Of a stretch of 64,000 bases of DNA, positions 18,991-26,900 are shown piece by piece. The first letter of the stretch is position 1. Every line of letters begins with the position of its first letter. The notes beneath the pieces were generated by a model. The model was not told the DNA's origin. It did no database searches and worked only from the letters and a program-made list of their open reading frames with translations. This stretch comes from Vicinamibacteria bacterium. GTDB lineage: Bacteria > Acidobacteriota > Vicinamibacteria > Marinacidobacterales > Marinacidobacteraceae. Position numbers and translations under genes: made by a program. Location of the stretch: assembly GCA_963555995.3 (NCBI GenBank), contig OY821641.1, positions 2,624,001-2,688,000 on the forward strand, given 5' to 3'.

Positions 18991-19755
18991 ATGGCGGACC
19001 CCGGCGAACTTCGCGACCGCCTGACGACGGCGGCGCCCGCCATCGGGCTCGGGTCGGCGTTCGTGGCCGTGTTGAGCCTGCTGCTGACCGAAGGCTGGGC
19101 CGCCGACTTCCTGCTCGACCGCAACTCGACAGTGTTCCCCTATCCGTTCACGATCCAGAACGTCATGTGGCTGCTCTTCTTCGGCGCCTTGGGAGAACTC
19201 TGGGTCCGCTTCCAGCGGAGCAGTCTCGAACGGGTCCAACTGCGGCAGAAACTCCTGCCGGAGGACGAGGAAACGATGCTGCGCATTCAGGACCTGGGCG
19301 CGGTCCGCGCGCGTTGCCGGGGGGAAGAGCGGTTCTTCGTTCAACGGCTCGTGTCCCGCTGCGTCCTCCAGTTCCAGAGCTCGAAATCCACCGAACGCGC
19401 CAACGCGCTCCTCGACTCGTCGCTCAACCTGATGCAGCACGAAGTGGACAACAAGTACGCGATCGTCCGCTATCTGGTGTGGGTCATCCCGACGATCGGC
19501 TTCATCGGCACCGTGGTGGGAATCGCCGCCGCGCTCAACAGCGCAGGCGCCGCCGAGGACTACCAGGACCCCGCGCTCCTCGGAGAACTGACCCGCGATC
19601 TGGGCGTCGCTTTCTACACTACGATGCTGGCGTTGATCCAGTCGGCATTGCTGGTTCTCGCCCAGAATCAGGTGCAGGCGCGCGAGGAGGGAGCGCTGAA
19701 CGAGGCGGGCCAGTACTGTCTCGACAACCTGATCAACCGACTCTACGAGAAGTGA
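18991..19755 (+). CDS. MotA/TolQ/ExbB proton-channel family protein
   Basis: Four hydrophobic segments; IPTIGFIGTVVGI and GVAFYTTMLAL match the ExbB/TolQ/MotA channel helices. Confidence 0.88.
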   Translation: MADPGELRDRLTTAAPAIGLGSAFVAVLSLLLTEGWAADFLLDRNSTVFPYPFTIQNVMWLLFFGALGELWVRFQRSSLERVQLRQKLLPEDEETMLRIQDLGAVRARCRGEERFFVQRLVSRCVLQFQSSKSTERANALLDSSLNLMQHEVDNKYAIVRYLVWVIPTIGFIGTVVGIAAALNSAGAAEDYQDPALLGELTRDLGVAFYTTMLALIQSALLVLAQNQVQAREEGALNEAGQYCLDNLINRLYEK

Positions 19756-19765
19756 GGCAGCGCCC

Positions 19766-20422
19766 ATGCCCGTGTATCGAACCCCCGATGGCCGGATCGT
19801 GGAGGAGCGGACCAAGCAGCGGCTGCTCGGGGGACGCCGGAAAACCACCGCTCCCGACAGCGAGCGGACCACGGTTGCGAACGCCGGGGACGAAGCCCCG
19901 CCGTCCCCGAATCCGCCGCGCCGCGGCTACGGTGATCCCACCGTGGTGCACGCGCCTCGTACCCGGGGTACCGGCGCCACGTCTCCCCCAGTAGCTCCCG
20001 ACAGGGAAACGACGCGGCTTCATGGAAGCATCGGTGGAAGCGCGACGGGCGTGGAGGGAGCGCCGCCCGTCGTGGACCCCGTGGCGGGGTGGCTCGTCGT
20101 GGTGGACGGCCCCGGAACCGGGACGGACCTGCGAATCGGCATCGGCCAGAACGTAGTTGGCCGCGATCCCGAGAACCGGATCGGACTCGCTTTCGGGGAC
20201 CGGAAGATCTCCCGCCGCGATCACCTCCGGGTCAACTACGACCATGAGCGCCGCGTGTTCTCGGTGGTGCCCGGGACCAGCGCGAACCTCGCGTATCTGA
20301 ACGGGACGGCGATCGAACAGCGCTCGGTCCTCGCGGCGGGCGACACGATCCGCATCGGACGCACCACGCTGCGCTTCGTCGCCTTCTGCGGAGACGACTT
20401 CAACTGGCCGGATGAGGACTGA
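19766..20422 (+). CDS. FHA-domain protein with Thr-rich disordered N-terminus
   Basis: PVAGWLVVVDGP, NVVGR, KISRRDH, N.AYLNG, GDTIRIG.T.LRFVAFC. Confidence 0.85.
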   Translation: MPVYRTPDGRIVEERTKQRLLGGRRKTTAPDSERTTVANAGDEAPPSPNPPRRGYGDPTVVHAPRTRGTGATSPPVAPDRETTRLHGSIGGSATGVEGAPPVVDPVAGWLVVVDGPGTGTDLRIGIGQNVVGRDPENRIGLAFGDRKISRRDHLRVNYDHERRVFSVVPGTSANLAYLNGTAIEQRSVLAAGDTIRIGRTTLRFVAFCGDDFNWPDED

Positions 20423-21542
20423 TCGCGGCGGCCCGGCACGGCTCGCTCGCGGAGCCAGCGCCGCTACGGCCCTCACCGTCCTGGCGGTCGGCTGCGGAAC
20501 CTCGGGGGTGGGTGCGGACCCGCCGTGGTTCCTCGTCGCGCTTGGGACGGCGGCGCTCCTGGCCTTGGCGGTGTTCGGGCTGGAATTCGCGTTCCGAGGT
20601 TTGCGGATGCGGCGCGCCGCGGTCGGCTCGCCGGGCTCGGGAATCCGCCACGCCCACGGCCAGTCCCTGGGCAAGCGGGAGCGACAGGAAGACGACCTCG
20701 GGCACATTGACGGCGACACCCTCGACCCGGAAGGCAACCATTCCGTCGTCCTGGTGGCGGACGGAATGGGCGGCCACGCCGCCGGCGAGGTGGCGAGCCG
20801 CGCCGCCGTCCGCGGCTTCGTGCAGGCGTACGGAACGCGGGGACCCGCCCCGAACCGCCTCCGGTCGGCGCTCGACCGGGCGAACGCGGCCATCGCCGAA
20901 GAGAGGGATCGGGACAGGGCGCTCTTCGGCATGGGAACCACCCTGGTCGCGGCGGCGGTGACCGAACAGGGACTCCACTGGATCAGCGTCGGCGATTCCC
21001 CGCTCTATCTCTTCCGCGCCGGACGGCTCGAACGGCTGAACGAGGACCATTCGATGCGGCCCGTGATCGCCCGCCTGCTGGAGGAAGATCCGGAAGCGGC
21101 GTCCAACTACAGCCCGAACCAGCTTCTTTCCGCGCTCATGGGCGGCCACATCGAGAAGACGGACGCCCCGGCGACGCCCCGACGACTCGAAGCCGGGGAC
21201 ATCGTTCTGGTAGCGACCGACGGCCTTGAGACCCTCGATGAGGAGGAGACGGAGGCCCTGATCGCGGAGCATCGCGGCGGAGGTCCGGACGCGGTCCGCG
21301 ACGCCCTGCTGCGAGCCGTCGAGGCGAAGGATCATCCCCGTCAGGACAACACGAGCCTGTTCGTGATCGAGGTCGAGCGGAGTTCGGTGAACGGCGGACC
21401 GTCAAGGGACCCGGGCGAGGCGGCGGCAGCGGAACCAGCCACGGAACCTCCGGGAGACGAGGCCGACGGGCGCTCGGCAGAGCCGCGCCCCGACGGACCG
21501 GCAGGCAGCGACGAAGGAGGCGGCGATGCGCGGGACGGGTAG
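20412..21542 (+). CDS. Membrane-anchored PP2C (PPM) Ser/Thr phosphatase
   Basis: Hydrophobic N-terminus; RERQED, VADGMGGHAAGEVAS, MGTTLV, VGDS, EDHS, ATDGL, DNTS. Confidence 0.92.
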   Translation: MRTDRGGPARLARGASAATALTVLAVGCGTSGVGADPPWFLVALGTAALLALAVFGLEFAFRGLRMRRAAVGSPGSGIRHAHGQSLGKRERQEDDLGHIDGDTLDPEGNHSVVLVADGMGGHAAGEVASRAAVRGFVQAYGTRGPAPNRLRSALDRANAAIAEERDRDRALFGMGTTLVAAAVTEQGLHWISVGDSPLYLFRAGRLERLNEDHSMRPVIARLLEEDPEAASNYSPNQLLSALMGGHIEKTDAPATPRRLEAGDIVLVATDGLETLDEEETEALIAEHRGGGPDAVRDALLRAVEAKDHPRQDNTSLFVIEVERSSVNGGPSRDPGEAAAAEPATEPPGDEADGRSAEPRPDGPAGSDEGGGDARDG

Positions 21543-22929
21543 CGCTGCCCTCGTGGCGGCCGTCGTTCTCTTGGGTTTTGCCGCACTGGTGCGAGCGCAG
21601 CCACCGGACCTCAGCGACGTCCGGGAACAGGTGGTCATCGTGCGGGCCTTCGATGCCATGGGGCGCGCGCTGGGCGACATCTCCGGTTTCGCGGTCGGCG
21701 GCGGGTTCGTGGCCACGAACGCCGCGCTGCTCGCCGGAGCGGAGGACGTGGTGATCGTTCTGCCGGAGACCCGCGACGAGTTTCCGGCCGCGGTGGCCGT
21801 TCTGGAACGGCGTTCGGGGGTGGCGGTCCTCCAGGCGGACGGCTTCGGAGCCGCGGGATTGCGCTTCGCCGCCCCGGAAGCGGAGCCGGCGCAGGGCCAG
21901 GGGCTCTACCTGCCCCGCTTCGCCTCCGACGGAACGCTGGACGCGGAAGCGGTTCGCGGTTCGATTTCCGAACTGCGGATCATCGAGCCGACGGCGGTGG
22001 GGGAGCGGGACGTGTTGCTCTACCGCCACAACGCTCCGGCGACGGCGCGCCAGTACGGGATGCCGCTGCTCAACGACTGCGGTGAGGCGGTCGGGCAGTT
22101 GCGCACCGACCCCGACATGTCGCGCACCACCCTGAACGCCCGGCCCGATCCGGGACCCGCCCCGTTCGCGGCAGCGGCGGTGGCGGTTCGCGACGTGCTC
22201 GCTGCGGCCGGGGCCGAACCGGGGCTCGCGGACGAGCCGTGCCTCGATCCGGTCGCCGCAGCGGAGGCGGCGCGGCGGGAGGCGGACGCGGCAGCGGCGC
22301 GGGCCGAGGCCGCCGCCGCGGAAGCGGCAACAGCCGGCGAGGAGCGTGACGCCGCCCGCGAGGAAGCCGAGGCTGCCCGGACGGCGGCGGAAGAGAGTCA
22401 GGCGGAGCGGGAGTCTGCGGAGGCCGAGGCGGAGCGCCTGGCGAGACAGCGCCGCTGGCTTGGGGCTGCGGTGATTCTCGGGATGGCGGTGGTCGTCGCC
22501 GTCATCTTTCTGCTCGCCCAGCGGCTCCGCCGCCGCCGTGAGGCGCTCGCCGCCTCGAAGAAGGAACTGGAAGGGGCCCTCCGCCCGGCCGCTTTCTCCT
22601 GTCTCCTCGACGGCGCCCACGAGAGCGGGCGGGGCTACGCGCTGAAGATCAGCGCCGAGCAGCTTGGTTCGCCCTCGGGGGTGGTCGTGGGGAGGAACCC
22701 CGCCCAGGCGGGAGCCTTGCTCGACCACCCGGAAGCCTCGCGCGAACACCTCCGGCTCACGGCGCGGGGTGACGAACTTGCCGTGACGGATCTCCACTCC
22801 ACGAACGGGACCTTCGTGAACGGCGAGCGGCTGGAAGCGGGAGCGGAGAGCCCAGTGGCGGACGGCGCCGAGATCGGCGTCGGATCGGCCATCACGCTGC
22901 GCCTGACGGTCCAGCGAACCGAAACATGA
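21526..22929 (+). CDS. Inactive trypsin-like domain - coiled coil - TM - FHA protein
   Basis: Signal peptide; ISGF, TNAA (no His), QYGMPLLNDCG (no Ser); Ala/Glu coiled coil; TM; FHA (VVGR, ASREH, DLHSTNGT). Confidence 0.8.
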   Translation: MRGTGSAALVAAVVLLGFAALVRAQPPDLSDVREQVVIVRAFDAMGRALGDISGFAVGGGFVATNAALLAGAEDVVIVLPETRDEFPAAVAVLERRSGVAVLQADGFGAAGLRFAAPEAEPAQGQGLYLPRFASDGTLDAEAVRGSISELRIIEPTAVGERDVLLYRHNAPATARQYGMPLLNDCGEAVGQLRTDPDMSRTTLNARPDPGPAPFAAAAVAVRDVLAAAGAEPGLADEPCLDPVAAAEAARREADAAAARAEAAAAEAATAGEERDAAREEAEAARTAAEESQAERESAEAEAERLARQRRWLGAAVILGMAVVVAVIFLLAQRLRRRREALAASKKELEGALRPAAFSCLLDGAHESGRGYALKISAEQLGSPSGVVVGRNPAQAGALLDHPEASREHLRLTARGDELAVTDLHSTNGTFVNGERLEAGAESPVADGAEIGVGSAITLRLTVQRTET

Positions 22930-23888
22930 GGCCGATCCGCCGCGAAGCGAGCATCTTCAGCGTCTCGGCGATTGATCTGTTCGCGTCGGCGCTCGGCGCC
23001 TTCGTGATCGTCTCCTTCGTCCTGTTCCCTTACTTCCCGAACACCGGTGAGGTGCCCCCGGCCCCGGTGGCTCCGCCGACGCCCCCGCCGCCGGTACCCG
23101 CGCCGCCGACCGGCATTTCGGCGGCGGAGGCAGCCGCCCTCGAAGCGCGGATCGCGGAGTTGGAAGGGGAACTCGGCGCCGCCCGGAGCCGGGAGTCGGA
23201 CCTGGGGGAGGAACTCGGCGACGCAAGGAGCCGGGAGTCCGAACTGTCGCGGGCTCTCGACGAGGCGACCTCCACGATCAGGAAGCTGCCGCCGCTCGAC
23301 CTGGTGATTGCGCTCGACACCACGAATAGCATGACGAACGAAGTCGTTGGGCTTCGCGAAGAGATCGCCGGTCTCGCGGAACTCCTCGTGGAGTTGACCG
23401 ATGACGCGGCGGTGGGCCTGATCGAGTTCAAGGACCGGTGCGATCCCGTGAACGCAGTGCGGGTTACCGGGCTGCGGCCGGTGAACCGTCAGACGGCACA
23501 GGAACTCGCCGTCTTCGCCCGATCCATGATCCCTGGCACGCCGTGCAATTTGACCGCGGACGAGGACTACGCCGAAGCCCTTCGCGCGGCGGTGCTGTCA
23601 GAGTGGCGACCCGTCTCGGAACGGCGATCCATCGTGCTGATCTCGGACAATCCCGCTCACGACGACATGCGCACTCAAGCAATCTCCGACGCGCGGGCTT
23701 TTGCAATGCGGCCGGGGGCTCGCCACACCGTCTCGTCGGTCTTTGTGGACACCAGCCCGAACCCGCGACACCCCGACACGGAGGACTTCATGCGTCAGGT
23801 GACGCAGGCCGGACGAGGCCGATTCGTCGAGGCCGACCGGAATGCGTCGTTATCGGTGACCATCCTCCTGGCGGTCTTCCGGAGCTGA
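22926..23888 (+). CDS. ExbD/MotB-like N-terminal TM(Asp) - Pro linker - coiled coil - vWA protein
   Basis: ATGA overlap; SIFSVSAIDLFASALGAFVIVSFVLF; vWA DLVIALDTTNSM (MIDAS-like), EDY, IVLISDNPAH. Confidence 0.82.
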   Translation: MRPIRREASIFSVSAIDLFASALGAFVIVSFVLFPYFPNTGEVPPAPVAPPTPPPPVPAPPTGISAAEAAALEARIAELEGELGAARSRESDLGEELGDARSRESELSRALDEATSTIRKLPPLDLVIALDTTNSMTNEVVGLREEIAGLAELLVELTDDAAVGLIEFKDRCDPVNAVRVTGLRPVNRQTAQELAVFARSMIPGTPCNLTADEDYAEALRAAVLSEWRPVSERRSIVLISDNPAHDDMRTQAISDARAFAMRPGARHTVSSVFVDTSPNPRHPDTEDFMRQVTQAGRGRFVEADRNASLSVTILLAVFRS

Positions 23889-23944
23889 AGAGACCACAAA
23901 CCACCAGTCGCATCCCTCCCCGCAGGTAAGACCCGAGCGCGACC

Positions 23945-26900
23945 ATGGCCCGTGAGTACCCCGACGCGCTCCCAGCGGGCTATCGGCTCGAGGAATTCAA
24001 GATCGTCCGCGTGCTCGGCCAAGGAGGCTTCGCGATCACCTATCTGGCGAAGGACAACTACCGGGATCAGGAGGTGGCCCTCAAGGAGTATTTCCCGGCC
24101 GGCAACGCCATGCGAACCGGCGGGACGCGTGTGGAGCCGACGCCGGGCGCCCGCGAGGTCTTCGACTGGGGATACCGACGCTTTCTCGATGAGGCGCGAG
24201 CGCAATCGAAGTTCCGCCATCCCAACATCCCGGTGCTCCATCGGTATTTCCGCGCCAACGGCACGGCCTATGTCGCCATGGATTACATCAAGGGACCTTC
24301 CCTTTCGGATCTTCTCGCTGATCGCGGCAGTCTCTCCGTGAACCAGTGGCGTCCATGGCTGGATCGTCTGCTCGACGCACTGGAACACGTACATGGCCAC
24401 GACTACCTGCACCGAGATATCACGCCTCGCAACATTTTGATCCGAGAGTCTGACAACCAGCCGGTTCTTATTGATTTCGGGGCCGCCCGGGTCGCTGGCG
24501 GCGACAAGACCCGAACGGTGGTCTTGACCAAGGCCTACGCCCCGCCAGAGCAAGGTTCAGCCCGCGCGAAGCAGGGACCCTACACGGACATCTATGCACT
24601 CGGAGCAGTGTCGTACTGCGTGCTCACCGGTGAGCTGCCAGCCACCCCGTCTGACCGGGCTGCTGGGGAGGAGCATGAGCCCCTCGCACAGCAACTGGAA
24701 GAGGCTTTCGACTGGGTCGTTGCCGTGGACCGGGCGCTCTGTCTGCGGCCGAAGGACCGTCCACAGAAAACCGCCGCGTGGCGGAAGGAACTGCACGAAG
24801 CAGCCGCGAAGATGTGGTTGTCGGGCGAGCCCGATCAGATAGCGGCCCGGGATGCCGAAGGACTGACGCCCCTCCACCGCGCCGCCGCGGCAGAGCCGGT
24901 TCCCGGCGTCGTGGCGACCTTGCTCGAACTCGGTGCCGACATCCACGCTGTGGCGGGAAGGGACGACGTCGTTCTCTTTGAAAGGCACGGCGACACGCCG
25001 CTACACCGGGCTGCGGCGGCCAATCCGAATCCGGACATAACGGCGGTTCTGCTAGACCGCGGTGCCGACGTTCGGGCGCAGGACCTGATAGGTGAACAGC
25101 CTCTCCACCACGCAGCGAGGCACAACTCCAATGCGAAAGAGATCGCTCTGCTGCTCGACCGCGGTGCCGACATCCACGCCAAGGACGACTCTGGTAGCGC
25201 GCCTCTACACGCGGCCGCCGAGGCCAATTCCCATCCAGGCGTGCTGACGCTCCTGCTTGACCGCGGCGCCGATATCCACGTCAGAAACCGGGATGGAGAA
25301 ACGCCGTTGCACCACGCTGGGGAGAACCCACACGCCGACGTCGTGACCCTTCTCCTCGACTTTGGCGCCGACCTGCACGCGCGGGATGCCAACGGGAATA
25401 CGCCGCTCCATGTCACGGCGTGGCATAACAGAAATCCGGAAACATTCAGGCTCCTGTTGAATCGCGGTGGCGACCTGCAGGCACGGAACAGTTCCGGCGC
25501 TACGCCCCTCCACTGCGCGGTGCGAGGGAGTCAGAGCAGCGAAGTGTTGGCCCTTCTTCTCGACCAGGGCGCCGACCCTCACGCAGTTGACGGCGAGGGG
25601 CGGACAGCCCTGCACTGGGCCGCATCGGAAGACGCCATGGAGACGGTGCAACTGCTCATTGAGCGCGGCGCGGACATCGAGGCGAAAGACTCCGATGGAC
25701 GTCGCCCGCTCCATCTCGCGGCGTCTGAGGACGCCTCCAGCGCGGCCGAATTGCTCCTCAGTCGCGACGCGTGCGTCCGAGCACGCGACCAAGGCGGGTG
25801 TACTCCACTTCACCGGGCCGCGGGCCGGGATTGCCTGCGGGTCTCACAACTGCTGCTCGACAACGGCGCAGACGTGGGAGGGCGGACTCCGACCGATACC
25901 CGAAACTGGACCTCGAAGCTGGATCTTGGTCGAGCGGCAGGTGAGGAGTTGGAGACGCTATGGTGGTTGGCCTTCGACAGCTACGATCCGACCACCAAGG
26001 TTCCGATCTCGATACATGACCCAGACTGGGCGCTGTGGTTCCTGGCATGTGACAACCACTGCGACATCACCGGCTGGGCAGAGACAACGCCTCTACACAC
26101 GGCGGCGCGAACCAATGGCCAGCGTGTGACCGCGCTGCTCCTTGACCGCGGCGCCGATCCAGCGGCCAGAGATTCCACCGGAAGGACACCGCTTCACGTG
26201 GCGGCCCTGAACAACGCCGTGGATGCCGCGAGACTTCTGATTCAGTCGTCTCCGCGCAGCTTGGGCGTCAAGGACACCGCCGGCAGGACACCGCTGCACT
26301 TTGCCGCCTGGGGCGATGCCAGAGAGACGGCGGAACTACTCCTCCGCCATCGTGCCGAGATCAAGTGCAGCGAGGAGACACGCGCCAAGACTTGGTTCTG
26401 GAAGGAGAGCCGCAGGCCCGCCGACATTGTGTGCCTCTTGCTCAGTGGTCCATTCGGCGAACCGGGAAGCGGCTGCCGCGAAGACGCGAAAGCGGTAAAG
26501 GGCTGGCACGACCTTCGGATGCTCACGGAACGACTCCTGCACAAGGGCCATACACCGTTGCATTGGGCTGCGTTCGGTGACTCTCGGGACGTAGCCGAAC
26601 TGCTTCTCGATAAAGGTGTGAATGTCCATGGAGGTGCGGATGACGGAATGACGCCCTTGGACCTGGCAGCGCTCGGCGACGCCTTGATCACCGCACGGCT
26701 GCTCATAGATTGCGGAGCGGATGTCTGCGGTCGGAAAGGTCATGCCACGCCACTGCATTGGGCCGCGCTTGGAAACAGCCGCGAAACTCTGGCACTACTG
26801 TTGGAACGCGGTGCTGATGTCGCAGTGGATATCGGTACAGCGAAGTCCGAAGGAATGACCGCTCTTTTCTGGGCGGTACTCGGAAAGGCTTCCCACGCTG

